Assembly (NCBI GenBank): GCA_008369845.1
Contig: MRSU01005588.1
Span: forward strand, 1 to 64,000
Direction of reading: 5' to 3'
Length of the DNA stretch: 64,000 bases
Source: Trichomonas gallinae
Lineage: Eukaryota
Shown here: positions 1 to 11,833 of the stretch, piece by piece
Position numbering within the stretch: position 1 is the first letter of the stretch
How the letters are laid out: every line of letters starts with the position of its first letter
Notes under the pieces: model-generated
The model's database searches: none
Told to the model about the DNA's origin: nothing
Seen by the model: only the letters and a program-made list of their open reading frames with translations
Made by a program: the position numbers and the translations under genes

Positions 1-789
1 TTAACGAGATACATTTTAATTCGTAGATATGTATCTTAGTTTATAATAGTTGTCAGGAACTAGCGATACCAAACATTACTACCTGTTGTAAAATATCTAT
101 CGATATACCAAAGAATGGTTTTAGTATGTCACAGCTTACTTTCGCTCCATTGAGTTTCGTCCGTTAAAATAAGGTTCTGAGTTGCAATACCTTTAAAAGA
201 GGCTGATTATCAATCATGTAAATATTTATGCGAAAACAATGGTGCTAGGATATGTATGCATTTTCAATCGTAACCTTTGATTTTTGAGAATAAGGTAGAA
301 ATATTTTACAATTGCAAGATTTTACAGCCCATTATATTCCAACGTGTCAACTGCACGTACAAGAGAACTTTATTATAATAGCAATTATCAATAAAAAAAA
401 ACATATTTTTATTCATAATTTATGTACGTAAACAACTAATTTTAAAGCATCAATATAAATTTCTAAACACAAGGATGGTTAAATTTTAGAATAATTCGAA
501 AAATTCGCATTTAAAAGAATTGATATTCAAAGAATCCTGAAAAAAATATTAGTAAACTTTACACTATACATATGCACACATGAAGTTAATAATGTAGAAA
601 TTTTAAGACTCAAACTCCATTATGAAGTAATTAAAAATTAATATCTCAAATATTTGATTAGACATACATAATACACCTCAATATGAATTATATTTTGTGC
701 ATATGAAAAGATATTATTGAGATAATATTAGTTGTACTTCATAATTGACGTGATATGTGAAAAAAATGAAAATTGCTAGAATAAACAGT

Positions 790-2394
790 TTATTCTTGCT
801 TATGTTCCTCTGGATTTGTCATATTCCAGTTATCTCCGAAGACTAAGCGATTTGTTTCTTCGAGATTTGATCCAATAACCGGCAAAAGCTCTTCGAGTCT
901 CACGAAAGCTTTTGTCTGGGAATCCTCATCGAGGCTCCGGACTAAAGCATAGATCTGGACAACTTCAAGTGTGACTTCATTTCTTGTTGCTTCTTTCACA
1001 TCGATTTGTTTGTATTTTTCCCCTCCATAGCGTTTGATGAACCTCAGGACGTCCTCCATTGTCGGCTGTGAGTAATAAGCCATGTTTGCGGATTTGTTGT
1101 AGGAGGGGTAGATGTGAATATGAGGGACAGCAGCCATGTAAGGATAATTCTCGGCGTAGTTCTTTGTCGTGTTAATGACTGCGAACTCAATTGTATCTCC
1201 AAGACCGCTGTTTCTGATTGCAGTTGCAGCCTCTTCGACGATCCTAATGTACAACTTTGTCTGTGGCGTGTCAGGTGAAATGTAGAGCACAACAACATCC
1301 TTGTCTGGCTGCGCGATGAATTCGTCGTGAGTGAAGCCGACCAATTTCTTGAGGATTCCGTTTTGCTCTGCTGGGATTGGTTCTGATGGATGCTTCGGCT
1401 CTGGGAGATTGTCTAGGAACTTTATTGTCATCTCCGCAGCTTTTTCTGGGTCCTCATCGATCAGTTCGGCGGTGATTTCTTTCGGAACTTCGTAGTACTG
1501 CCTGATCAAAGGCTGCATGGCAACTACTGATGGAAGCTCACCGAGAGAGTTGCTAACAGACGAGTTAACTACGTCGTGAAGAGCTCTATCGAAGAAGCCG
1601 ATTTTAACGCCTTCTTTTTTGACCTCTGAGACTTTCTCGAGGTAAGTAGTGATAGAAGGAGTGACTCTGTTTAAAACTACGCCGAGTAAGAGACTTAGAT
1701 CACTTGTCATCATTTCTGGTGATATTCTGCTATAGTCTGGTACTGTTGCAGCGACGATTTCCGAAATATTGTCGCTAACAGGGATCAATGATACATCTTC
1801 GAGTCTAAAAAGATACATTTGTGAATTATTGAGACCCAATTGGGCTGCAAGATCTGGAGTAAATGGTAACAAGTCAATAAATCCAATAATTGTCGATGCA
1901 AATCTGTGAGCATGAGTGGATTGATTCCTTTCATCCTTTGGATACAAAAGGGTGTAATGAGATGTACCAAGAGACTTAAGAAAGTTTGTCATTGATGAAA
2001 CTGGAGCTCTTTCGCCTTCTTCGAATAAGTTCAAAAGATATAACAAGGCTGTTTCAGAAGCTGGGAAGTGGCAATGCGACCACAGGTCACCTTTGTTGTA
2101 GAAAAGTAAGTGTGGTGCCGAAATATTAAGTTGTTCGATGAGTGCATCAGCTTTATCTGAATTTAACTGAATAAAAATGAGATCCGGGAACAATCTGATA
2201 GATTCTGCGAGTTTTTCGCGTGCTGCGTAGCACTGATTATCCATTCTTTCATGCAGATAAACGACGACTCTTGGAGCCTCTTCAACAACTTTTGCTATTT
2301 CAGTAAGATTCATGCTGAATAGCATCAGTGTCTCCTCTGAAACAAAGGGAACAAACTGGCTACACGAGATAAAACTGAAAAATAGACTTAACAT
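790..2394 (-). CDS. Protein disulfide isomerase-like thioredoxin-fold protein, probably redox-inactive (534 aa)
   Basis: Start moved from the track's 2460 to ATG 2394 (MLSLFFSFISCS, signal-peptide-like; AAAGTGAC at 2432-2439 upstream on the minus strand). PDI-like x-linker and a' domain: SEPIP..LKKLVGFTHDEFIAQPDKDVVVLYISP. No CxxC motif. Confidence 0.75.
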   Translation of the reverse strand: MLSLFFSFISCSQFVPFVSEETLMLFSMNLTEIAKVVEEAPRVVVYLHERMDNQCYAAREKLAESIRLFPDLIFIQLNSDKADALIEQLNISAPHLLFYNKGDLWSHCHFPASETALLYLLNLFEEGERAPVSSMTNFLKSLGTSHYTLLYPKDERNQSTHAHRFASTIIGFIDLLPFTPDLAAQLGLNNSQMYLFRLEDVSLIPVSDNISEIVAATVPDYSRISPEMMTSDLSLLLGVVLNRVTPSITTYLEKVSEVKKEGVKIGFFDRALHDVVNSSVSNSLGELPSVVAMQPLIRQYYEVPKEITAELIDEDPEKAAEMTIKFLDNLPEPKHPSEPIPAEQNGILKKLVGFTHDEFIAQPDKDVVVLYISPDTPQTKLYIRIVEEAATAIRNSGLGDTIEFAVINTTKNYAENYPYMAAVPHIHIYPSYNKSANMAYYSQPTMEDVLRFIKRYGGEKYKQIDVKEATRNEVTLEVVQIYALVRSLDEDSQTKAFVRLEELLPVIGSNLEETNRLVFGDNWNMTNPEEHKQE

Positions 2395-3055
2395 TTTTCT
2401 TTTTGTCAAAAATCGGATTTTGTCAAATTTCGTCACTTTTCTTGATTTGCAGCCAAACAACCGAAGGAAAAAAAAATATTTAAACTATAGAAAAGAACTG
2501 CATATATAGTCTCTCTGTGGTTATATATGCTAGATAGTGAAATGTATAAATAGCCATATGATTCATTATTTTGGAATCATTATGAGATTGATTTTGTCAC
2601 GTAAATTTTACATGTCATACTGCTATTTTCATGTAAATTAAGACGAACTAACGAGCGGATTTATAGAAATTACTACCAAATATCATTATTGCTTATTTAA
2701 AATCCTCTAATAGGTAAATTCTGAATTTCAATATGATCTTGAAAATCATGTCTATTATCGTGTGGTGAACTTCTCCAAACAATATGGAATATTTCGCATG
2801 ATAAAAAGATATCTTGGTATATTTATAAACTTCATATATTATTTGAGACTTGGAGACTTTGCATAAAGAGAGATCTGAAATAGAGCAAATGTTTGTTGAG
2901 AAGCTGGATGATATTTCTTGAGGATAAGCTTAGAGTTGAGTGAATTTTTTTCTAAAACACAAATAGTATAAATAAAAAGATATTATATAACGATTAGCAA
3001 TATTAAAAAAGAAAAAAATCTAAAAATTTATGTCACTTTTGTTATAAATTTTTCT

Positions 3056-6000
3056 ATGATCACTCCGGAAGAAGATTTCGAAACTTGGCTGTTAGTGGCT
3101 TCATCAACCATTGACAGCGTCTCAAGTTTTGAACCTTTTGTTCCGCAGATTCAAGATCTTTTAAATCAAATTATCGAAAATAAAGAATTTAAAGATCCAA
3201 TCAAAGGAAAAGAGTCAGCATTCATTAAAGAACTGTACTGGAAATTCATTCCTAAGTTCAAAAAACTAGGAACATTAACTGAAAATGAATTGCTAATCAT
3301 CATCAACTGTTTAAAAATGATTATGTCATTTTGCTTCAAGACAATCGAAAAAGATTTGCCAGATTACTTAAGATTATTTAGTATTTTAATTCCAGACGAA
3401 TCCTGGACCCTAATTTCGAAAAATAGTGAAGCAAATATTGAACTTGAACTTATTGAATACATAAAAAACGAAGATGCAATCAACAAGTTTATCAATGCAA
3501 TTGATGAAAAACATGATTCTTATTCATTTATCAATCAATTAACTCATTACTTAATTTTACTGAACAAATACATCCCAGAGATCAACCTCAATGACATATC
3601 GAAGAAATTTACTCAACATCTCGCAACAATCGCAAAGGACAAAATCAGACAAATTGTTCCTGTGGAAATTCATAATATTCTCGACAAACTCGTTAAATCG
3701 ATCATTGATGAAGAAGCTGTGTTCGGATGGCTCAATTTGTTCGATATTTTTATGAAATGCGATATTTTTAATTTGCAACTTTACGGATATCAAGCAATTA
3801 AGTTCATGCTCGATCAGAAGGACATACAAGAGATAGTTTACAAATGGTTTTTGGATCCAAAACACTTGGAATTTTTAATGAAACAAACAATTCATCAAGA
3901 AATCATGCAATATGTTGCTTATATCATCTCTGCGTTAGTCAAAAACAATTTAATTCCGTTCGACATTATTCAAAATCTTTGGAATTTTAATTCGCAAATT
4001 CATACAACCGCTTTAGACAAATTTTACCAAATGTTTTATGTTATTGCTAAGGTTATACCCATGGATTTCTTATTTGATTACTGCACAATGTGCATTAATC
4101 CTCATGAAAAAAATCAGATATGGTTCCAGTTCTTAGTATCACTTGCACATGCTATTGGCGACAGGAATGATGCGCTGGAGCCGTATCAAGTCTTGAGAAA
4201 TGAATTTTGGCAACTTTCATTCGATGGAGGCGATTTACAAGAAATGGCAAGGTCTTCGCTCAAATCCACACTTGGATTCCATTTAACTCCAGAGCAGCTC
4301 AAACAAATTACTACACAAGTTCTCGAAACAATGCCTACATATGAAGCATTCGAAATTCTTGGTTCTGTTGTCAATGCTCATCAAATGCCAGACGAAGAAT
4401 CAATTTCTGAGTTCTTGGGACGTGCTATTGATGCATTGGCAACATCAGATGACGCAAAAACTCCAATATTTAATTTTATCACAAATATTTGCGTTGAAAA
4501 CTCAATGAATATAAGCGATGAAGACTGTGAGAAGATCTTTTCACTTCCTCATGATAAAGAATTATACAAATTCCTTCAAGAAGTCGTTGATAATGATTTA
4601 ATTTCGCCACAGGCAATCAAAAAATTCCTTTCTTGTGTTGAATTGTCTGAAGTTGACCAGAATTTCATCGATTTACTTAAGATATTCATGCAGAAAAGCG
4701 TTTCTGAGTCGGGTATCACGAGATTACCTTTTGATGGCGAGAAAATCCTCTGGAAACTGTCTACAGCCAATATTGAGCAGAGATCAGAGTCAATGGACTT
4801 ATTAGTTCGCGCTTATCTTGGTCACGACAGAAATCCTCAAATCGATAACATAATTATCAATGCATTCATCGACAGATGGCTGACATACTTCAGACAGTCT
4901 GAAAATAAGAAATATGTTCTCGATATTTTAAGATATTTCTTGATTGATGCAGAATATCTTGTTGATTACGAAGAATTCGACATAATTCCGCACGCACTTG
5001 AAGTTGCTCCTAAAGTTGATGTTGAAATAGTTTCTTCTGGCTTCCTTTCCACTCAAAAACACTTTGTTCCTGAAAATATGACAATTGCAGTCTTAACAAG
5101 AAGAGTTGCGAGGTACGCGAAGAAGCCTGTTGGATCATTCACCTTAAAAATCGCCAATAAAGAGTTAACAAGCATTTCACAAGTAAAAGAATATATTCAA
5201 AATGGCGAAGTTAAGATTTCCGCCTACAGCAGCACTTCTCAGAAGGTCATTGACAGGACTTACACAGAATTACCGTCCGAAATCATCGCTAGCAGCGAAA
5301 TTCCTTCGATGTTAATTCAATTATTGCGAGAAAACGTAAATGAAGCTAAACTAGTCTTAGATTACTTACCAACAGTACCATATACATTAGCAATAATAGA
5401 GGCTATTCAGAAACTCGATTATTTCGATTATAAACCATTTTTACCAATCGAATTTCCAAGATTCTTCATGTATAATTTTGAATCGATGATTTCCTTAGTA
5501 TCTCCACGAGTATTGACTAGAACAGGTGGAATTGACTACTTAATCGATTGTATTCCCGAAATGGAATTTTATGTTGTTTCTTCTATCATCAACTTCTTCG
5601 ACACAAAGCTGTCCCACAGCGAAAAAAGATTTTCAGCACAAAAAATATTCGATTCATGCTTCAAAAGATTATATAATAATTTCGATAAGCAAGAATTCAT
5701 TACAATCTCGAATTTCCTGATCAAAATTGAGAAATTGAAAGATGTGGATATAGTTTTGCCCGGATTTTTCCAAGATGCAGCAAAAATTTTCTTTTTGTGC
5801 GAAAACAAAGAAATTATCAAAGCAGCGGATGATCTTTTGTCTGAGCTGACAATCAACCAGGATATTTTGATTCCTTTAGTCTTCCAATGCCATAATGAAT
5901 TTGCAGGATTAATTCTTAAAACAATAAGCTCACATTTAGTCGAATTTTCTCAGGAATTATTCGATTTTATTATGAAATCACTCGAAGAAGAGAATTGCAA

Positions 6001-9000
6001 GTATATCAATGACGCTTTATCTTGCATGTTGAAATTAGTTAAGATAGGAATTGATTCAGAAAATTCGGAAGTTTTGGCGGACAAATTAATCGAAAAATAT
6101 CTACAGACAGATGGAACCTGCGACAAGAACAGTTTCATGAACGCATGCAGGATACTAGGCAGATTAAACACAACAAATTTGCAAGATAAAATTAGAGAAT
6201 TACACGGAAATATGCATCCTGTATCAAAATGGTCAGTAAATGGAGATTGTCCGCGCAAGAGTTCGCTCGGCTCTGGTCTAATAAATCTGGGAGCCACATG
6301 TTTCCTTAACTCATCATTGCAGCAGTTCTTCTACATCTTGCCTTTGAGGACAGCGATTTTGAATTACGAAGGTGATGATATCTTTTGTCAGTCATTAAAA
6401 ACATTATATGCGCACATGCTGATTTCGAGGCATTTCGCGCAGACACCAACTGACTTGGTGTCCAAATGGGTCGGCTGGGATGGCGAGCCAATGAATCCTA
6501 TGATGCAGCAAGACGCTTGCGAGTTCATCCAGAATTTGTTGGACAAACTTGAAAAAGCTCTCGGAGTAGATTTCATTCACTCACTTTTCCAAGGCAAAAC
6601 AATCCACCACACTGATGGATTGACAGCTGATTTCCACACCAGCAGCGAGGAGCCTTTCTACTCCTTCTCTATGCCTGTTAAAGGTGTCACTAATGTCGAG
6701 CAGAGTTTAGAGCAACTTTCTGCACCAGATTTCTTCACTGGCGATAACCAGTACAAGTCTGAAGAGTTCGGAAAAATCGATGTCAAAAGATATTCAAGCA
6801 TAGGAAGCTGCCCGCCTTTCTTGATAATACAATTAGCAAGGTTCGAATACAACTACGCGATGTACACGAGAACAAAGATTGACACGCCATTCGACTTCCC
6901 TATCGATCTGAGATTTGGAGACTACGACTACAAACTTTCAGGTGTAATTGTTCATATTGGCACAGCAGACTTCGGACACTATGTATCATATGTGAGAGAC
7001 AGGCAGACGAACAACTGGAGGCTCTGCAATGATGAAACTGTTACACCTGCAAGCGAAAAATCAGTGAAAGAAGCTGGATTCGGTAGCAGCAATAAATCCG
7101 CTTATCTTTTGTTCTACGACAGAGTTGACTATGAATACGACAAATCACAAGGCTGCGAAGTCAACAGCGAACTAAAGGAAACAATAGAACAAGAAAATGA
7201 AACATTGGACGAAATCAACATTTTGTTCTCGACTCCTTATTTCAAGCTGATGAGGCTATTGAAAGATGAATCATCGCTATTCTATTTCTGCAATATACTG
7301 CCTTATTCCATATTCCAAGAGAAAGCGAAGAAACTTGTTGATGCTCTTTGCGAGTCAGTACAACAGAACGAGAAAATGCAGGAATATTTAGTCCGATTAA
7401 TCGAGCAAAAGGTTTTCTTGAGATCTTTGCTGCATTCGCCAGACTTGTCAATAAGAGAAGGCTCACTTAGATTGATTGCAATTGTCGCTGACAAACTAAC
7501 AGAAGAAGCACACAAAGCATTGTTCTCAGACATGAACAGTTTCTGCGATTATTACGCAAACATACAAAGTTTGTTCACCGCTTTATTCATATGCGTGCAA
7601 ACAGAGAAAGGCATGAAAGTCGCCTTGGAAGATGAGTGGCAGAATACTCTCCACGCGATATTATCAACGAGAATCAACGACTTTATCACAGAAAAGAAAC
7701 TCAAGAAAGAAATGTTCTGGTCTCATTTGAATGTTTCATCAATGCTTGAATTAATCTCTAAATTGCCAATTGACGACACGTTCAAGCTTTTATTGCAGAG
7801 CGATGAATTCATCAAGCTTGTTTTCCTTTCCCCAACAGCAGTCATCAGTCTTGCCACAGTCTTAAAGGCATCACAATACACGAATGAACAAATCGAACAA
7901 TTCTTGGACAAACATTCTGTATCTTTAACATTCAATAAGACTATCGAGTTATTGATTTTCATTTGCGATTCAGTTATGTTTGACATGATTGACAAATACA
8001 CGTTCATTGTTGGCGAAAAATGCGCTTCTTTGATGGACAAACATGCTTGTTATGCTTACTTAGTCAAAATCAAAGATTGCAAAGGTTTCTTTCTCGAAAA
8101 CATTTCGAAATGGTTTGGCGAAATTATAAATGAAGACTTAAACATAAGATCAGCAACAGCACACATTGTTTCCTTCATTATTCCAACAGAGTTCTTCGTC
8201 AGTCTCGGCTTCTTCCCGCAAACCGAACAAGACTCAGAAGAAATGGAATTCCACGCAGAAAAGAAGAACGAAGAAATGGAGGAATACGCAAACAAGATAT
8301 TGGATTATTTAGTTAATACAATAGATGACTTGTTGAAGGAATGTGAGCCAAAGTATAAAGCGAATAGGACAATTATTTCATTGCTGTTTAATATCGCAGC
8401 TGGTTTATTCGAAATAACAAATAGAAAGGAAGCAGTAAATATTGTTGAAAAATTAGTCGAATTCGTCAGGCCAATAGCCGTTGATTTCGATCCAACTGCT
8501 CAGCAGTCATTAACATTCTTGGCTAAGCAGAATGTTTTCGTGAAAGTTGCAGATGATTTCATCAAGCAGCCGCAAACGCACAACTTTTTGCTTGCGAATA
8601 TTTTCAACAATTCCATTGTTCCTCATTTGGCAGTTGAAGGAGTCAATGAAGCAACAGCTAAGATTATCTTTGAGTATTACGGATTGCCACTGAACAACCA
8701 GAGGATTCCAAACAACAGCGGAATTTTAAGCCTTTTGTCTTTGGCAGGAAAATTCCAGCCGCAAGTTGCCAAAGAGTTTATAACAGGAAAAGAAATCAAC
8801 ACGAATAACTTCCAGTATATATTAACAATACTAAAGAGTGCTCAACTGTCTCTGCCGATATTAGACAAATTGTCTGACTTCTTGACGCAAACGAGGCCTT
8901 CTAATTACAACACAATTGTTGAAGATTCTTTTGCCGTCCACGGAGAAAACGCGATCGAATCAAAGTGGCTCGAATCACTTGTTGACGATCCTCTGCTGAC

Positions 9001-9304
9001 AGGACATGCAAGAGATAAAGTACTCAATGCTCTGGGACTCAAAGAAGCGAAGAAAGGTGTCTTGCAGTGGTTCTTTGAAGAAAGTTATGGAGAACTTCCT
9101 TCACCTCAAACATTAGATGATTTATGCCATGCTGCTCTTGATGCTATGAACAGTGGTCTTCACGCTGATAAGCTTGTTGGACTTGCGCAGGCTTTGTCTG
9201 CGAGATTAGAATTGACAGATATGGAATTCCTCGGAAAACTGAAAGAATTTGTTATGAAACAGGATGAAAACTCAGCTCTTAAGACAGCTATTGAAAAATT
9301 ATGA
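3056..9304 (+). CDS. Ubiquitin-specific protease (peptidase C19), large USP9/24/34-like architecture (2082 aa)
   Basis: Cys box GLINLGATCFLNSSLQQF (~6275), QQDACEF, His box GVIVHIGTADFGHYVSYVR and WRLCNDE; long helical flanks; TCACT initiator-like motif at 3033. Confidence 0.92.
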   Translation: MITPEEDFETWLLVASSTIDSVSSFEPFVPQIQDLLNQIIENKEFKDPIKGKESAFIKELYWKFIPKFKKLGTLTENELLIIINCLKMIMSFCFKTIEKDLPDYLRLFSILIPDESWTLISKNSEANIELELIEYIKNEDAINKFINAIDEKHDSYSFINQLTHYLILLNKYIPEINLNDISKKFTQHLATIAKDKIRQIVPVEIHNILDKLVKSIIDEEAVFGWLNLFDIFMKCDIFNLQLYGYQAIKFMLDQKDIQEIVYKWFLDPKHLEFLMKQTIHQEIMQYVAYIISALVKNNLIPFDIIQNLWNFNSQIHTTALDKFYQMFYVIAKVIPMDFLFDYCTMCINPHEKNQIWFQFLVSLAHAIGDRNDALEPYQVLRNEFWQLSFDGGDLQEMARSSLKSTLGFHLTPEQLKQITTQVLETMPTYEAFEILGSVVNAHQMPDEESISEFLGRAIDALATSDDAKTPIFNFITNICVENSMNISDEDCEKIFSLPHDKELYKFLQEVVDNDLISPQAIKKFLSCVELSEVDQNFIDLLKIFMQKSVSESGITRLPFDGEKILWKLSTANIEQRSESMDLLVRAYLGHDRNPQIDNIIINAFIDRWLTYFRQSENKKYVLDILRYFLIDAEYLVDYEEFDIIPHALEVAPKVDVEIVSSGFLSTQKHFVPENMTIAVLTRRVARYAKKPVGSFTLKIANKELTSISQVKEYIQNGEVKISAYSSTSQKVIDRTYTELPSEIIASSEIPSMLIQLLRENVNEAKLVLDYLPTVPYTLAIIEAIQKLDYFDYKPFLPIEFPRFFMYNFESMISLVSPRVLTRTGGIDYLIDCIPEMEFYVVSSIINFFDTKLSHSEKRFSAQKIFDSCFKRLYNNFDKQEFITISNFLIKIEKLKDVDIVLPGFFQDAAKIFFLCENKEIIKAADDLLSELTINQDILIPLVFQCHNEFAGLILKTISSHLVEFSQELFDFIMKSLEEENCKYINDALSCMLKLVKIGIDSENSEVLADKLIEKYLQTDGTCDKNSFMNACRILGRLNTTNLQDKIRELHGNMHPVSKWSVNGDCPRKSSLGSGLINLGATCFLNSSLQQFFYILPLRTAILNYEGDDIFCQSLKTLYAHMLISRHFAQTPTDLVSKWVGWDGEPMNPMMQQDACEFIQNLLDKLEKALGVDFIHSLFQGKTIHHTDGLTADFHTSSEEPFYSFSMPVKGVTNVEQSLEQLSAPDFFTGDNQYKSEEFGKIDVKRYSSIGSCPPFLIIQLARFEYNYAMYTRTKIDTPFDFPIDLRFGDYDYKLSGVIVHIGTADFGHYVSYVRDRQTNNWRLCNDETVTPASEKSVKEAGFGSSNKSAYLLFYDRVDYEYDKSQGCEVNSELKETIEQENETLDEINILFSTPYFKLMRLLKDESSLFYFCNILPYSIFQEKAKKLVDALCESVQQNEKMQEYLVRLIEQKVFLRSLLHSPDLSIREGSLRLIAIVADKLTEEAHKALFSDMNSFCDYYANIQSLFTALFICVQTEKGMKVALEDEWQNTLHAILSTRINDFITEKKLKKEMFWSHLNVSSMLELISKLPIDDTFKLLLQSDEFIKLVFLSPTAVISLATVLKASQYTNEQIEQFLDKHSVSLTFNKTIELLIFICDSVMFDMIDKYTFIVGEKCASLMDKHACYAYLVKIKDCKGFFLENISKWFGEIINEDLNIRSATAHIVSFIIPTEFFVSLGFFPQTEQDSEEMEFHAEKKNEEMEEYANKILDYLVNTIDDLLKECEPKYKANRTIISLLFNIAAGLFEITNRKEAVNIVEKLVEFVRPIAVDFDPTAQQSLTFLAKQNVFVKVADDFIKQPQTHNFLLANIFNNSIVPHLAVEGVNEATAKIIFEYYGLPLNNQRIPNNSGILSLLSLAGKFQPQVAKEFITGKEINTNNFQYILTILKSAQLSLPILDKLSDFLTQTRPSNYNTIVEDSFAVHGENAIESKWLESLVDDPLLTGHARDKVLNALGLKEAKKGVLQWFFEESYGELPSPQTLDDLCHAALDAMNSGLHADKLVGLAQALSARLELTDMEFLGKLKEFVMKQDENSALKTAIEKL

Positions 9305-10514
9305 TCATAAGACGAATTTTGTATTATTATAAATTGTTGAATAAATGATTTGGTTTGTTTTTATCGAAGAAATAACTGCAAAATGTCAGTGCATTACATT
9401 TCTTTAATAAAAAATACGAAATGAAATAATTTTTCCGATTTGTAATAAATTGTTAACCTTTAAAGTCTGACACTGTTGCTTGCCAAAAATATATCTATAT
9501 CATACAGATATTTATTATACCCACTCCAAATTTACTAATTTATATACTGGACTTTCAAAAAACCAAATTTGATAAAATAACAATTTCATATTTCGGATCA
9601 GTTTTATCCTACATCAAGAGCTCAGCCGTTATGACAAGATATATCCAAAAGGGAAATCATATCATTCAATTGAAAATATTTTAAATTCGCTAATTGAATA
9701 ATATAACATAGTATTTCAGCTTTTATTAAAACAAAAGACAAGGCAAATATTTAACGAATCAAACGAATTGTGTTTGGTAAAAATTTGCTCATTGAATGGG
9801 AAAAAAAATCATATTTTTTCAACTATCACCAAAGAAACAGACAAGACAAGAAATTACCAAACCAAACAAACTATATTTTTTTTGTAAACTTCGCGAATTG
9901 AAGGGAAAAAACATAAAGATTAAGTATTTTCACAAGCAACAGATTAGACAAGTATTGATAGAATCAACCAAGCGAATTTTTCTTGTCAATTAACGAATTG
10001 AAGAATATACAAAATCGTTAGAAAAAAAAAAAAAAAAACTTTGTTTGTTCAGCTTCTATACATGCAATAACCGAGAAAAATAATTTCCCAAGATGTCAAG
10101 CGATCTTTTATGCTTTTAAGTCTATTAGTCTATGTGATTAGAACCGAAAAAACACACTAAATATTCAATTACAAAAATTAAAATTTGGATAAATCTACAT
10201 ATTCAAATTCTATGGTTTATATTTTTCAAACAACAAAACCTTGAATTCTCATTCTTTGTAGTATAACAAACGATTACGCGGAGAAGTAAAATGAATTGAA
10301 TGGGTAAAGATTTACAATTTCCTCTCAATTCGCTAAACTATGGCCTTTTAGGCATTCAATTTTGTATTACATACTCAAAATTTTATTAAACAGATTTTAC
10401 TTCGCTGACATATTATCATTCTATACCACAAAATAGTCGTTTTTATGAAAGAAAAAAATTGAAGTTCGATCATTTTTTATTGACAGGAAATTAAAATCAT
10501 TTTTTTTTACTTTG

Positions 10515-11519
10515 ATGTGCGACGAGTTTGAACGTACTTCGATTGATACTTCAAAGATCAGGATCCCGGAGTATGTCAAGCGCTACAAAGTTATCAGAAC
10601 AATTGGCAGCGGCGGATTCTCAGTTGTTGTCCTCGGAGTACATCAGAAAACAGGCGAAAAAGTGGCCATCAAGATCATGGACAGGAAAGAAATCACCAAG
10701 CAGAAGGTCTTTTCCTACTTGGAGAACGAATTGAGGCTGATTTCGAGATTTAATCATCCGAATATCGTAAAAGTCTTCGATATCATCTACGAAGAAGACA
10801 TAATCATGATCATAATGGAATACCTTAGACAAGGTGATCTTCAGAAGGTCATTTCTTCTGGAATTACTTTTACGTTATCTGAACAGATATCAATAACAAG
10901 ACAGTTATTGGATGCATTGACATACCTCCACAAGCGTGGTATAGCGCACAGAGATATAAAGCCCGAAAACATTCTCTTCGATGAGAATTTCCATCCAAAG
11001 TTGATTGATTTCGGCTTATCACGTGAAAATCCAGCAGCTCTCCACACATTATGTGGCACTTCACTCTATCTCGCTCCAGAAGTCGTCACATCGTCGGAAT
11101 ACGACGGAAGAAAGTCAGATGTTTGGGCAATGGGCATAGTTATACATATTATCGCCGCTCTCTCTTTCCCATTCGATATATCTTCCGAAGTTTATCACCT
11201 CAAGAGGCTTGCTGCACACAGCTTGAACTTCGACATCAAGATACAAGGCATTTTAGGAACAATTGTTAAAAATTGCCTCGTTTATGACGAAAATGAGCGT
11301 CCTAGTGCGGAATATCTCTTAAATTTGGTAGATGGTGAGTGCAAGCGTCCGATTACCTGCCACATTTCGCAAATGCCGCAGCAAAAGAAGAAAACATCAT
11401 TACCTTTGCTTCTTTCTCGCAATAATACTCCAGTTCTTATACCAAAGATGAGACATCATGACAAGTCTCCAGTTAATAGCACGAGGAAGGCTGTTAGGCA
11501 TTTTTCAAACCAAATTTAA
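10515..11519 (+). CDS. CAMK-group Ser/Thr protein kinase (334 aa)
   Basis: GSGGFSVV, VAIK, HRDIKPEN, DFG, TLCGTSLYLAPE, DVWAMG. ATG is at 10515 (track began at TTG 10512); TCATT at 10497. Confidence 0.92.
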   Translation: MCDEFERTSIDTSKIRIPEYVKRYKVIRTIGSGGFSVVVLGVHQKTGEKVAIKIMDRKEITKQKVFSYLENELRLISRFNHPNIVKVFDIIYEEDIIMIIMEYLRQGDLQKVISSGITFTLSEQISITRQLLDALTYLHKRGIAHRDIKPENILFDENFHPKLIDFGLSRENPAALHTLCGTSLYLAPEVVTSSEYDGRKSDVWAMGIVIHIIAALSFPFDISSEVYHLKRLAAHSLNFDIKIQGILGTIVKNCLVYDENERPSAEYLLNLVDGECKRPITCHISQMPQQKKKTSLPLLLSRNNTPVLIPKMRHHDKSPVNSTRKAVRHFSNQI

Positions 11520-11833
11520 TTTGTTTGTTGTTTTTGTTTTATTTTTATTAAATATTCATCGATCTATCTTATATTATCGACTATTTCATATCATATATCG
11601 AATTACTAAAGCTATAACTCAAAAATTTAAATTTAAATACAACATTGTTCAAAAATTATTGCTCAAAAACATAATATTTGTATAGATAATTATGCATGTA
11701 ATGCAGAAAATGCATTAAAATCGCCCAAAATCAAGACCAAATGATATTATTAATTTTTCCCAAATTTCCAAACTAGAATTTTGTGATTAAATAGAACAGA
11801 ATTTTATTCCAACTAGAGTTTTGTGGCTTTATG

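Noticed and set aside
2840..2945. Coding-like fragment DLETLHKERSEIEQMFVEKLDDIS* (and a similar patch at 43490-43650, minus strand)
   Set aside because: Too short, with no family motif to support a pseudogene call.
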